Below, piece by piece: positions 1 through 9,598 of a stretch of DNA of 64,000 nucleotides. Both the position numbers and the translations under genes were made by a program. The notes under the pieces are model-generated. The model saw nothing but the letters and a program-made list of their open reading frames with translations, was not told where the DNA came from and did not search any database. Source of the DNA: Myxococcota bacterium (GTDB taxonomy: Bacteria; Myxococcota_A; UBA796; UBA2385); NCBI GenBank assembly GCA_044344255.1, contig JBIJDH010000027.1, positions 24,630-88,629 on the forward strand, read 5' to 3'. Position 1 is the first letter of the stretch, and the number at the start of each line of letters is the position of its first letter.

Positions 1-1080
1 TCGTCCAAGACCAAGGCCCCCGCGCCCTCCCCCGCTCCCGCGGCCGCGCCGCAGCCGCTGGAGCTGCTCCCCGGCAACGAGGCCGTGCGCGCGCGCCTCG
101 CTGGCCTGGTCACCTCCGATCGCCTGCACCCCTGCCTGCTCTTCGAGGGCCCAGAGGGGCTCGGGAAGGGCCGGGTCGCCGAGTGGCTCGCCCAGCTCCT
201 CAATTGCGAGGTCGAGACAGAGGCCCGCCCCTGCGGCGGTTGTTGGTCCTGCAAGTCCATCCGCAAGGGGCATCACCCCGACGTCATCAAGATCGGCCTC
301 GACCCCGAGAAGACAGCGCCCATCATCTCCGTCAAACAGGCCCGCGAGCTCCTCGCCCAGCTCCAGATGCGGCCCTACCAGGCCCGTCAGCGCCTCGTGA
401 TCATCGATCCCGCCGACGCCATGAACGCCGAGAGCGCCAACGCGCTGCTCAAGACCTTCGAAGAGCCGCCCGCCGCCACCGGCTTCGTGTTGGTCACCAG
501 CCAGGCCACTCGCCTGTTGCCGACGGTCCGATCGCGCAGCCAACGGGTTCGCTTCGGGCCGATGGAGGTGAGCGCCTTGTCCGCATGGCTCCAGGCCCGC
601 GGCGTGGAAGAGCCGGACCGCCTCGCCCGCCTCGCCGACGGCTGCCCCGGACGGGCGCTGCGCCTCGCCGAGGGCGAGGCCGAGGCCTGGATCGCGGCCC
701 GCGACGCCGTGCTGGTCGCCCTCGGCGGGCCGATCGACGGCGTGTTCACCTTCAACGAGCGCCTCGTGAAGGGTGATCGATCGGACTGGGGCCCGCGGGT
801 CGACCGCACCTTCGACGGGCTCGGGAGCCTGGCCCGCGACGCCCTGCTCCTCTGCGCGGGCCCGAGTCCGGTGGCTGTAGAACGCCTCCTCAACCCGGAT
901 CGGGTCGAGCTGCTCGAGGCCTGGGCGGACGCCCTCGGCCCCGCCGGGATCACTCGCTTCGTGCGCGCCCTCGAGGTCGCCCGCGCCGACGTCGCCGCCT
1001 TCGTCAACCCCCGCCTCCTCCTTGACACGCTGCTGGTCCGCCTCGCCACGGAGCTCGGCCGGGCCCGCAGCGCCGCGTGA
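1..1080 (+). CDS. holB: DNA polymerase III subunit delta' (5' end probably outside the window)
   Basis: Degenerate P-loop FEGPEGLGKG, zinc motif LLNC...PCGGCWSC, HHPDV, SANALLKTFEEP, PTVRSR. The frame is open from base 1, and tatD follows as in the usual holB-tatD order. Confidence 0.93.
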   Translation, partial: SSKTKAPAPSPAPAAAPQPLELLPGNEAVRARLAGLVTSDRLHPCLLFEGPEGLGKGRVAEWLAQLLNCEVETEARPCGGCWSCKSIRKGHHPDVIKIGLDPEKTAPIISVKQARELLAQLQMRPYQARQRLVIIDPADAMNAESANALLKTFEEPPAATGFVLVTSQATRLLPTVRSRSQRVRFGPMEVSALSAWLQARGVEEPDRLARLADGCPGRALRLAEGEAEAWIAARDAVLVALGGPIDGVFTFNERLVKGDRSDWGPRVDRTFDGLGSLARDALLLCAGPSPVAVERLLNPDRVELLEAWADALGPAGITRFVRALEVARADVAAFVNPRLLLDTLLVRLATELGRARSAA

Positions 1081-1083
1081 ACC

Positions 1084-1947
1084 ATGGCCCCACCGCCGAG
1101 CCCCAGCCCCTTCGTCCCCTTCGCTGACCCCGGCCACCCCCTCTTCGACAGCCACTGCCACTTGGAGTCCCGCACCTTCGGCGACGATGAGGGCGTGGAC
1201 GAGGCCGTCCTCCGAGCCCGCACCGCCGGCGTGGGTCGGATGCTCACCATCGGCTCCGGCTTCGGTGTCGAAGCCGCCCGCAGGGGCGTCGCAGTGGCCG
1301 AGCGCCACGACGACGTCTGGGCGGCGATCGGCGTCCACCCGCACGACGCCCGCGAGTGGGACGCGGCGAGCGGAGACCTCCTCCGGTCCCTCGCCCAACA
1401 CCCGCGGGTCGTGGCCTTGGGAGAGATGGGCCTCGACTTCCACTACGACAACTCGCCCCGCGATCAGCAGCGCGCCGCATTCCGCGAACAGCTGCGCCTC
1501 GCTGCCGCGCTGCGGCTGCCGGTGATCATCCACGACCGAGACAGCGGCGATGAGTGCCTGGAGATCCTGCTCGAGGAGGGCGCCTTCGAAGGAAGGGGCC
1601 TCGTCTACCACTGCTACTCGGGCTCCGTGGCCTCGATGGAGCGCATCGTGCAGGCGGGGGGCCACATCTCGATCCCCGGCATCATCACCTTCAAGAAGGC
1701 CGATGAGCTGCGCGCCGTCGCCGCAGCCTGCCCCCTCAACCGCCTCTTCATCGAGACCGACACCCCCTTTCTCACGCCGGCCCCCTACCGCGGCCGCCGA
1801 AACGAGCCCGCCCTCGTGGGATACACGGCCGCCGCCGTGGCCGCCGCACGGGGGGTCTCCGTGGCGCAGGTGGCGAAGGCGACCTGGGAGAACGCCAGCG
1901 CCTTCTTCGCGATCGAGGGGGCCCAAACGACGGAGCCCCGGGCGTGA
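1084..1947 (+). CDS. tatD: TatD family DNase (YcfH-like)
   Basis: Motifs DSHCH, GVHPH, GEMGLDFHY, IIHDRD, HCYSG, ETDTPFLTP, RNEP. Confidence 0.93.
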   Translation: MAPPPSPSPFVPFADPGHPLFDSHCHLESRTFGDDEGVDEAVLRARTAGVGRMLTIGSGFGVEAARRGVAVAERHDDVWAAIGVHPHDAREWDAASGDLLRSLAQHPRVVALGEMGLDFHYDNSPRDQQRAAFREQLRLAAALRLPVIIHDRDSGDECLEILLEEGAFEGRGLVYHCYSGSVASMERIVQAGGHISIPGIITFKKADELRAVAAACPLNRLFIETDTPFLTPAPYRGRRNEPALVGYTAAAVAAARGVSVAQVAKATWENASAFFAIEGAQTTEPRA

Positions 1948-2022
1948 CCCAGGGCTGCCGGTTCGAACCGTCGGCCGGCGAGGGGCGCTGCCGCAGCAGG
2001 GCGCCTCGCGACCGCCTGGAGC

Positions 2023-2199
2023 TCAGCTCCGGGGGGCGGAGCCCTTGGCCATCGCGGGGGCGTTGGCGTCCGCCTCGGCGGTGTGGATCGGGAACGAAGG
2101 CGTGGTGCCCTTGTTCTCGAGGTCGTGCTTGCGGTCCTTGCCCATGTTCTTGTGGCGACGGTGGCGGCGGAACTCGGTCTCGGCGGTGGCGCTGGCCAT
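2023..2199 (-). CDS. Small protein with basic N-terminus, 58 aa (MASATAETEFRRHRRHKNMGKDRKHDLENKGTTPSFPIHTAEADANAPAMAKGSAPRS)
   Basis: Hand-translated and absent from the ORF track. GGAG RBS 7 nt before ATG, strongly GC3-biased codons, upstream sigma70-like promoter. Confidence 0.75.
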   Translation of the reverse strand: MASATAETEFRRHRRHKNMGKDRKHDLENKGTTPSFPIHTAEADANAPAMAKGSAPRS

Positions 2200-2250
2200 G
2201 GGATCACTCCGGAATCGCTGAAATGGAGATGTCGGGTACGCTGGGCGGCG

Positions 2251-2279
2251 CTCTTAGCGCCCTGGTGAAAGGGTGTCAA
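2251..2279 (-). promoter_or_regulatory. Sigma70-type promoter for the 58-aa gene
   Basis: Minus strand reads TTGACA-N17-TAAGAG. Confidence 0.6.
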
Positions 2280-2343
2280 AGCCGTTCACCCCACCCATGC
2301 CCCGGTTCGGTGATACCTTGATCCCCATGGAGCGTCTGCACAC

Positions 2344-3207
2344 ATGTCAACTGTACTCGGACCCCAAGGGTCAAGCTCACCGTCTTCCCTCTCCGCTGCA
2401 TGGCCATCCCGCGCCGCGATCTTGGCCTCTGTCTTCGCATTGTCCGGCTGCAAGCTCATCGACCGGCTCCGAGACAAGGTCAGTGACCTGACGAACCGCG
2501 TCGCCGCCGCCGGCTCCGTGCTCGGGGTCGAGCCGCCCGAGAACGAGAACATCTCCGCATTGCTGGAGAACACTCAGTTCTCGGCCGGGGCGCAGGCGAG
2601 CATCTTCTTCGCCGATGCGGCGAGCGGCGGCGGCTTCGCGGAGGCCCCTCTCTCTGACGAGGAGGTCACCTACGACTCCGAGAGCAACGACGGGCTGCCG
2701 ATGCCCCTCGTCAGCCCTGGGCAATATGCGATCACCGAGATGGACGGCCTCGTGTTCACTCCAGGCGAGACCGCCACGCTCCGGGCCCTCGACGACGACG
2801 ACCAGCGAGAGCTCTCCGTCCGCATCCCGTTCCCCGCTGACGTCAACATCCCCGACTCCCTCAGCCCCAACACCTCGCTGGATCTCGACGTGAGCGACCA
2901 GGACTTCGACGGCCTGATCGTCGTGGTGATCAACACCGCCGACGGCACGTCCACCTTCTCGACGCTCCCCACCTCGCCCACCGACCTCTACAACATCACG
3001 CATGGGGACGGGCTCGTCACCAGCGTCGAGGTGCCCGGCGCCGCGTTCCCGAGCGAGGGCTACTTCGTGCTCGGCGTCGCCGGCGTCTATGCGGCGGACG
3101 AGGCCTCGTTCGAGGGGGTCAACACGGCGATCTCCACGCTCATCGCGGGAAACTTCACGTTCCACCCCATTTGCACCTACAACAACCAGGCCCTCTGCGT
3201 GCTCTGA
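2344..3207 (+). CDS. Hypothetical acidic lipoprotein
   Basis: Lipobox-like ALSGC after a hydrophobic stretch; typical codon usage; start uncertain. Confidence 0.7.
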   Translation: MSTVLGPQGSSSPSSLSAAWPSRAAILASVFALSGCKLIDRLRDKVSDLTNRVAAAGSVLGVEPPENENISALLENTQFSAGAQASIFFADAASGGGFAEAPLSDEEVTYDSESNDGLPMPLVSPGQYAITEMDGLVFTPGETATLRALDDDDQRELSVRIPFPADVNIPDSLSPNTSLDLDVSDQDFDGLIVVVINTADGTSTFSTLPTSPTDLYNITHGDGLVTSVEVPGAAFPSEGYFVLGVAGVYAADEASFEGVNTAISTLIAGNFTFHPICTYNNQALCVL

Positions 3208-3269
3208 GCTCGGCTGCGAGCTCTGAGCTCGCCCGCGTGCTCTGAGCTCGCCCGCGCGCTCTGAGCTCG
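3201..3269. repeat. 19-bp period tandem repeat x4 (core GCTCTGAGCTCG)
   Basis: Copies start at 3201, 3220, 3239 and 3258; the first contains the stop codon of the upstream gene. Confidence 0.85.
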
Positions 3270-3303
3270 GCTGGGCCGCTGGGCGGCGGGCCCGTCGACC
3301 CGC

Positions 3304-5151
3304 TCAGCGGATCTGAAGCTCACCGGGCAGCATCGCCGCTACGCCGTTACCCGCGAGCACCCGGTCCAGCATCTCGACCTGCCCGAGGGCCTGCTGGAGC
3401 TCTGGCGGCAGGAGGCGGACTTGGGCGCCCACAGCCTGGGCTTGGGCGTTACCGCCCGGGTTCTCCAGGTCGTCGAGGAGCTGGTCAAGGAAGCCCTTGC
3501 GCTCGGGGACCCGCTGGATGCCGTAGCCCCCGGCGGTCAGCCCCCCGAGCTCCGCGGCCTTGGCGACGGCCTGATCGAGGCCTCCGAGCTCATCGACGAG
3601 GTGACGCTCGAGGGCCTGCTCGCCGGTCCACACCCGCCCTTGCGCGACCGCGTGCATTTCTTCGAAGCTCATGCCACGCCCTTCGGCGGCCTTGGTGACG
3701 AAGATCGAGTAGAAACTCTCGAGGAAGCGACGGAACTTGACCTTCTCCAGCTCGCTGAAGTCCGAGGTGGAGCTGAGAAGGCCGGCGTAGGCGCCTCGCT
3801 GGCTCGTGTGCAGGGTCATCCCCGCGTAGGCATAGAGGCCGGCGAGGTTCATCTTTCCGCCGAAGACGCCGATGGAGCCGGTGAGGGTGCCAGGCTCGGC
3901 GAAGATGTAGTTATTGCCCATCGAGATGTAGTAGCCGCCGCTGGCCGCGTAGTCGGACATGCTGACCACCACCGGCTTCTTCTCGCGCGTGATCTGGAGC
4001 TCGCGCCACATGTTGTCGCTGGCCGAGCCGCTCCCCCCCGGGGAGTTGACGCGGAGGACGATGGCTTTGACGTCTTCGTCTTCGCGCAGGCTCTCGAGCT
4101 GCTTCTGGACGGTTCGATCACCGATCGACCGCCCGCCGAACATGCTCTCTTCGCTGGTCCCATCGACAATTGTGCCCTCCAGGTAGAGGACCGCCACCTT
4201 GGCCGCGCCGTGGCCCCAGGAAGATCGCTGATCGTGCAGGTAGTCGGTCATCTTGACCAAGTCTCCCTTCACGGTGTCGGTGGTCACTTCGTCCACATAG
4301 GAGAGCTTGTCGATCATGCCGGCCGCGAGGGCGTCCTCGGGGGTGATCGGCGGATCGTCGAGCCAACCGCGAGCCTTGGCCTCGTCGACCCCGCGTCCGG
4401 CGGCGATGCCGCGGGCGAGCTGGCCGTAGAGAGAGTCGAGGAGGGCGTCGGTCGCCGCTTGAGCGGCCTCCGAGGGGCCTGTGCGCTGGAAGGGCTCGAC
4501 CGCGCTCTTGAAGTCACCGACATGCTCGAAGTTCGCCGTCACGCCAAACTTCTCGAAGGTACCCTTGAAGTAGGTCTGGGTGATCTCCAGCCCGTTCACC
4601 AACGTGAGCCCCGCGGGGGCCAGGCGAATGTCTCCGCAGGCTGACGCGAGGTAGTACTCCTTGTTGGTGAGCGCGCTGCTCCAGGCCACACAGGGTTTGC
4701 CGGAGGCCCGGAAGTCCACCACGGCGTCGCGGAGCTCTTGGGTCTGAGACCAGCCGAGGTCCACCCCGATGACCTGCAGGAAGAGTCCGGTGATGTCAGG
4801 GTCTTCGCCGGCGGCTCGAATTGCGGCGGCCACCTCGGTGGTGAGCGGCGGGAGGTCGAGGGGGTCGTCGAAGGGGGAGCCGGCGGTGGGAGCGTCGCTC
4901 AAGCCCGGCGCCACCTTCCACTGGAGCCAGCCCTCATGGGCGGAGAGGGGTGAGCCGCCGCCGGAGCCGACCAGCAGGGCGGTGCCCACGCCGAGCCCCA
5001 CGAGGGCGAGGAGCCCGAAGACCGCCAGCCAAAGGAGCAGGCGGAAGCTGCCGGAGGGCCGCGGGGGGGATGGACGGCGCCGTACGGTCGGCGAGGTCGG
5101 CGCGGTCGTGGCGGGGGCCGCGGACTCAGAGGGGTCGTGCTGGTCGCTCAC
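3304..5151 (-). CDS. sppA: Signal peptide peptidase SppA, 67K type
   Basis: N-terminal TM helix, two S49 domains, GDFKSAVEPF, LRVNSPGGS, AASGGYY, TGSIGV, QGRVWTG. Confidence 0.93.
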   Translation of the reverse strand: MSDQHDPSESAAPATTAPTSPTVRRRPSPPRPSGSFRLLLWLAVFGLLALVGLGVGTALLVGSGGGSPLSAHEGWLQWKVAPGLSDAPTAGSPFDDPLDLPPLTTEVAAAIRAAGEDPDITGLFLQVIGVDLGWSQTQELRDAVVDFRASGKPCVAWSSALTNKEYYLASACGDIRLAPAGLTLVNGLEITQTYFKGTFEKFGVTANFEHVGDFKSAVEPFQRTGPSEAAQAATDALLDSLYGQLARGIAAGRGVDEAKARGWLDDPPITPEDALAAGMIDKLSYVDEVTTDTVKGDLVKMTDYLHDQRSSWGHGAAKVAVLYLEGTIVDGTSEESMFGGRSIGDRTVQKQLESLREDEDVKAIVLRVNSPGGSGSASDNMWRELQITREKKPVVVSMSDYAASGGYYISMGNNYIFAEPGTLTGSIGVFGGKMNLAGLYAYAGMTLHTSQRGAYAGLLSSTSDFSELEKVKFRRFLESFYSIFVTKAAEGRGMSFEEMHAVAQGRVWTGEQALERHLVDELGGLDQAVAKAAELGGLTAGGYGIQRVPERKGFLDQLLDDLENPGGNAQAQAVGAQVRLLPPELQQALGQVEMLDRVLAGNGVAAMLPGELQIR

Positions 5152-5250
5152 GCAGACGCTCGGCGGGTCGGGAGGGAGGCCCCCTATATCCCGCCGCGTC
5201 CATGACGCCGGACCAAGGCCGCCCTCCAGCCCCGGGGCGTGCGGGGCGGC

Positions 5251-6372
5251 TCAACGCGCGGTGCTCCAGCATCGTCCGCGGTGCGCGTCCAGGAAGGCGA
5301 TCAGCTCCGGAAAGACGACCGCGGCGGCCTGGCGGCCGACGAGGGGGTCCTGGTGACCCCACTCCGGTCCGAGCACCCTCCAAACGCGCCGATCGGCCTG
5401 AAACTGCGCCACGGCAGGCTCGGCGGCGGAGGGTGGGCAGACGGTGTCACCCTCGGCGGCGAGGACGAAGAGGGGCACCGGGCTGCCCTCCAGGGCCGCG
5501 AGATAGTCGAGCCGGTCGTGCCGGTCGCAGAGGGAGCCGGAGCTCAGCCAACGGCTCATCTGCCTCAGCAAGCCGACGGGGGTGTCCTCCATGCCGTGGA
5601 GCTGGAGGCCACGGCGGACCGGCCCATCGGTGTCTGGGCTGAGCCGGTTGCTGAGCTCTGAGCCGCCGAAGGGCGCGAGGACCTGAGAGAGGGCCCGCGT
5701 GGGGACGATCCACTCCGAGGGCAAGAGGCGAGCGACCATCGCGGCGAGGCGAGCGTGGCTCTTCGGGGGTTCGAACTGAACCGCGGCGCAGAGGGCCGCG
5801 CCCGCCGCCACCTCCGCGGCCCCGCCGAGGGCGAGGTGGGCGTAGAGCAGCTGCCCGCCGAGCGAATGCCCCACCCAGAGCACACGCTCGGCGCCCGTGA
5901 GGGAGCGCACGCGCTCGATCGCCGCGGGGACATCACCCACGACGATGTCGTCAAAGTCAAAGCCCGCGCCGGCCGGATCGTCGGGGGGGACCGCGTGCCG
6001 GTCTCCCCGGTGCTCCATCAGGTAGACATCGAAGCCGGCGCCTTGGAGGGCGCGGGCCAACGACAGGCCCAACACCAGATCGAAGGTGACCACGTTGGCG
6101 GCCAGATCGTGGAGCAGCAGCACCGGCTCTCCCGACGCCCCGGGCAGCGGCGGATAACGCCAGAGCGGGGCCTCCCAGCCGTCCGCCGCCCGGTAATAGA
6201 CCCGGTCCGGGGGCACCTGATCGGGCGAGAGCGCGAAGGGCTCGCGAGGGTGCCCGGTCGCCCAGACCATGCTCATCGCCGCCCGCGCGAGGGTGGTGCT
6301 GATCGGTCGGAGTCGGTCCGCCTTGAGCGGGGGTGCGGGGGCCGCGGGGAGCGCGGCCGGTTCACGGCTCAT
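5251..6372 (-). CDS. Alpha/beta-fold hydrolase
   Basis: Nucleophile elbow GHSLGG, AAEGD, GHQD; ATG at 6372 chosen as start. Confidence 0.85.
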   Translation of the reverse strand: MSREPAALPAAPAPPLKADRLRPISTTLARAAMSMVWATGHPREPFALSPDQVPPDRVYYRAADGWEAPLWRYPPLPGASGEPVLLLHDLAANVVTFDLVLGLSLARALQGAGFDVYLMEHRGDRHAVPPDDPAGAGFDFDDIVVGDVPAAIERVRSLTGAERVLWVGHSLGGQLLYAHLALGGAAEVAAGAALCAAVQFEPPKSHARLAAMVARLLPSEWIVPTRALSQVLAPFGGSELSNRLSPDTDGPVRRGLQLHGMEDTPVGLLRQMSRWLSSGSLCDRHDRLDYLAALEGSPVPLFVLAAEGDTVCPPSAAEPAVAQFQADRRVWRVLGPEWGHQDPLVGRQAAAVVFPELIAFLDAHRGRCWSTAR

Positions 6373-6767
6373 CAGCGCCTCTGGCCGAACCGCGGGAGCC
6401 CGGCTCGAGCCGGGGGAGCGGGGAGAGAGGATCGGAGAAATGGACAGGTCGCGCCGCGGGCGATCAGCAACAGCGGGACCCGCGTGGCACATCGCCCAAG
6501 CCGGTACGGGTCCAGAACAGCATCAGCTTCAATGAATTGGGAATCAGCAGCGGGGCTCAGCACAACGTGCGGCGCGACCAGCCAGTACCTCCGACCAGCG
6601 AGCCCCCATCGGCCTGCGCGCACTCCCAGGGGAACCAGGGAGATGCTCGACAGATTCGAGCAAGGGGGGTTGGCATGTCAACACCAGTGGTCTACCACGC
6701 GCCCCCCGGAAGGTAAAGGCCCCACCCCGGGTTTGCGTCAAAGATCTCATGCATGATCGACACCATA

Positions 6768-6783
6768 TATTGACGCGTCAATA
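6768..6783. promoter_or_regulatory. Perfect 16-bp palindrome TATTGACGCGTCAATA (candidate operator)
   Basis: Seen directly in an AT-richer intergenic region; function unknown. Confidence 0.4.
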
Positions 6784-6794
6784 GTCATGGCCCC

Positions 6795-6827
6795 AAAACA
6801 ACACCGCGGGCCCTTCAAGGACCCGCA
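6795..6827 (-). terminator. Intrinsic terminator downstream of ppiD
   Basis: Minus-strand hairpin GCGGGTCCTT-GA-AGGGCCCGC followed by GGTGTTGTTTT. A second hairpin GAGCTTAGC/GCTAAGCTC lies at 6834-6857. Confidence 0.65.
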
Positions 6828-6872
6828 GCGTCGGAGCTTAGCGTTGGAGCTAAGCTCGGCGATGGCTCATGA

Positions 6873-8345
6873 TCAGCTCGGGTAGACGACCTTGGCGCGC
6901 TTGACCAGATCGGCCTTCCAACGATCCGTGAAGGCCTCCCGCTCGACATACTGGAGGCGGGCACGGATCATGCTGCGCTGTCCTTCGAACAGCGTGGGAT
7001 CGGCTGGGGTGTAACTGCTGATCTCCACCAGCACGCGGGCGCCGTCTGCCACGAAGACCTGGTTGACCACGCCGACCGCCCGAGCCTTACCCAGGGCCGC
7101 CGTCAGGCCCGGCACCTCCCCGAGGCCGCGCAGGGTGGGGCGCGCCGGAGAGGAAGGAGGGGAGGTCTCCACGGCGAGCGCGTAGGGGGCGAGCAGATCT
7201 TCAGGGACGCGGGCGTCGGCCTTCCACCGCTCGAGCACCTTGGTCGAGAAGTCAGCGGCGAAGCTGGCGAGGCCGTCTCGGGCGACGAGCTCCCGCGCGA
7301 TCTCCGTCTTGGCGGTGTCGAAGGGCACAACCTCGGCGGGGGTGACGGACTGGACGAGGGCGATCTGCAGGCCACGCGCGGTCTGGAAGATGTCGGTCAC
7401 CTTTCCTGACCCCGCCGAGAAGACCGCCGAGGCCATCGCCGGCTCCATCTGCGGCTCGGCGAGCAGGCCCTGCACGCCGCCGTTGACCGCGGTCAGGTCC
7501 TCACTGTGTCGGCGGGCGAGCTGCGCGAAGTCGGCGCCAGCGCGGGCCTCCGCCAGGATCTTCTCCAGGCGGGCGCGGAGCAGCGCCTCGTCCTCTTTGC
7601 CTTGATCCAGATCGGTGCGAAGCAGGATGGTCGAGACCTCCGCCTTCTGGGGCTTGTGGTACCGACCGAGGGGGTCGGTGTCGTAGGCCTTCTGGATGTC
7701 GCTGGCCCGCCCGGCCACCACAGCCTCCGCCGCGGCGGGGTCAACGGGGACGCCGGTGATCAGCGACTCGTCGGGGATCCGCACCCAGCGGACCACAACC
7801 TCGGAGCTCTCCGCTTCGAAGGCCGCCTTGAGCGCCCCCTCCGGAGTCTGCACCGCGGCCTCCACGACGTTCATCAGCTTCGAGAGAAGCAGCTGCTGCT
7901 CGATGTCCACCTGGAACTTGCCGCTGTTGGAGCCCATGCGGAGGAGGGCTCGCTTGTAGATCTCCTCGCTGAAGCGACCCTGCTCATCTTGAAACTCGGG
8001 GATGTCGGCGATGTACCGCAGCACCTCGGTGTCCGAGACCGTGAGCCCGAGGCGCTCGGCCTCCGAGAGCAGCACCTGCTTCTCGATCAGGCGGTCGGAC
8101 ACCTCCTTGCGGAGCTTCTTCTGACCGGCCTCATCGAGCTCCTGGTCTCGCATCGCTGACCGCATCGCCCGGGTGAGCTCGCTGCCGCGGATCTGGGTGC
8201 CGTTGACCTCCGCGACCAGCCCGTCTTCGGTGCCAGTGCTGCCGGAATTGACGCCCCAAAAGATGAAGAGGAAGGTGATGAGGCCAAAGAAGGCCTTCAT
8301 CAACGTGTTGTCCGTTCCCTTCCGGATGCTGTCCATCAACGACAT
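6873..8345 (-). CDS. ppiD: Periplasmic chaperone PpiD (SurA N-terminal + parvulin domain)
   Basis: N-terminal MDSIRK, TM helix ending FIFWG, VAEVNG; parvulin segment FAQLARRHSED...NGG. Confidence 0.88.
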   Translation of the reverse strand: MSLMDSIRKGTDNTLMKAFFGLITFLFIFWGVNSGSTGTEDGLVAEVNGTQIRGSELTRAMRSAMRDQELDEAGQKKLRKEVSDRLIEKQVLLSEAERLGLTVSDTEVLRYIADIPEFQDEQGRFSEEIYKRALLRMGSNSGKFQVDIEQQLLLSKLMNVVEAAVQTPEGALKAAFEAESSEVVVRWVRIPDESLITGVPVDPAAAEAVVAGRASDIQKAYDTDPLGRYHKPQKAEVSTILLRTDLDQGKEDEALLRARLEKILAEARAGADFAQLARRHSEDLTAVNGGVQGLLAEPQMEPAMASAVFSAGSGKVTDIFQTARGLQIALVQSVTPAEVVPFDTAKTEIARELVARDGLASFAADFSTKVLERWKADARVPEDLLAPYALAVETSPPSSPARPTLRGLGEVPGLTAALGKARAVGVVNQVFVADGARVLVEISSYTPADPTLFEGQRSMIRARLQYVEREAFTDRWKADLVKRAKVVYPS

Positions 8346-8495
8346 ATGAACCTCGGCCGCCGCACATATGACGGCACGGCCACCCTGCAAAGCCGCTGGC
8401 CCCAGGATGGCTGCCTCCCGCCGCACTTCGGGCGGATGCTACAGATGTTTCCTGAAGCGTGGCCCGCGCACGGGGCCTGGAGCCCGACGCCTATT

Positions 8496-9371
8496 TTATT
8501 TCCAGAGCGTGCCCTGCGCCCCCGAAATCGGGCCGCTGCGCTGATAGCGCTTCTTGGCGCGGCCCATCCAGTCCTTCAGGTTGGCCTGGCGGGTGTCGTT
8601 CGAAGGGTGGGTCGAGAGGAAGGCGGGCAGGCTGCTCCCGCCGGTCTCCTTCTCCATCCGGTCCCAGAGCGCGATGGACTCCTCGGGTGGGTATCCGGCG
8701 CGGGCCATGTACATCAGGCCGATGATGTCGGCCTCGGTCTCCTGCTTTCGGGAGAATGGCAGGATGATACCCACCTCTGCGCCAGCCCCCAACGCGCCGA
8801 TGACGATCTGCTTCTGCTGGGCGCTGAGCTCTGTCTTGCGGTCCACATACAGGTACATCGCCGCGAGGCCGCCGAGCAGCGTGAGCTGCTGACTCAGGCG
8901 CTCGCCGCCATGATGGGCGACCGCGTGGCCCACCTCGTGCCCCATCACGAAGGCCATGCCCGCCTCATTGCGGAGCACCGGCAATATTCCAGAATAGAAG
9001 GCAATCTTTCCGCCCGGCAGACACCAGGCATTGACGGTCTTGTCATCCTCGATGAGGGAGTACTTCCACTTGTAGCTGGGCTCGTCGGCCACCTTCGAGA
9101 TGCGCTTTCCGACCCGGCTGAGCACATCGTAGCTCGATGAGCCCTTGTCCAGCTTCGCGCTCGCCAAGGTCTCCTTGTAGGTGCGCTTGCCCATCGGCAA
9201 CATCACCGAGTCCGGGATCAGGTTGTACTGCGCGCGCCCGGTCACCGGCGCGTGGGCGCAGCCGATGAGGGAAGCCAGCACGCCGACGAACAGCGCGGGG
9301 CGAGGCGCCCCCCGGCCGAGCAGCGCTCGGCCAACGGCACGGATTCCAGCAATCGAGTCGAAAGGGAACAT
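8496..9371 (-). CDS. M48 family metallopeptidase lipoprotein (LoiP/Oma1-like)
   Basis: Lipobox LIGC, APVTGR, NAWCLPGG, HEVGH, FSRKQETEAD, STHP. Confidence 0.9.
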   Translation of the reverse strand: MFPFDSIAGIRAVGRALLGRGAPRPALFVGVLASLIGCAHAPVTGRAQYNLIPDSVMLPMGKRTYKETLASAKLDKGSSSYDVLSRVGKRISKVADEPSYKWKYSLIEDDKTVNAWCLPGGKIAFYSGILPVLRNEAGMAFVMGHEVGHAVAHHGGERLSQQLTLLGGLAAMYLYVDRKTELSAQQKQIVIGALGAGAEVGIILPFSRKQETEADIIGLMYMARAGYPPEESIALWDRMEKETGGSSLPAFLSTHPSNDTRQANLKDWMGRAKKRYQRSGPISGAQGTLWK

Positions 9372-9598
9372 TCTTCCTCGCTTGGCAGGCACCAGGGCTC
9401 GCCTCGAAACAAGATGAGGGTCTCTATCGCCCGGTCCACGCCGACGGGCTACATCTACCGCCCACCCTGGTCCTATCAACCCTCGAGCGGTCCCCCACCC
9501 TCCGGTTGAGTCAACGGACCTCCGCCGCGCTCCCCGCCGGCTCCGCCCACCCCTTTCATCACCTCCCCCTCACCTCCCCCCTCCCGCCTGGGCGACCC

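Noticed and set aside
6495..6870. Replication origin
   Set aside because: AT-richer, but I found no DnaA boxes (TTATCCACA-like) or a clear unwinding element.
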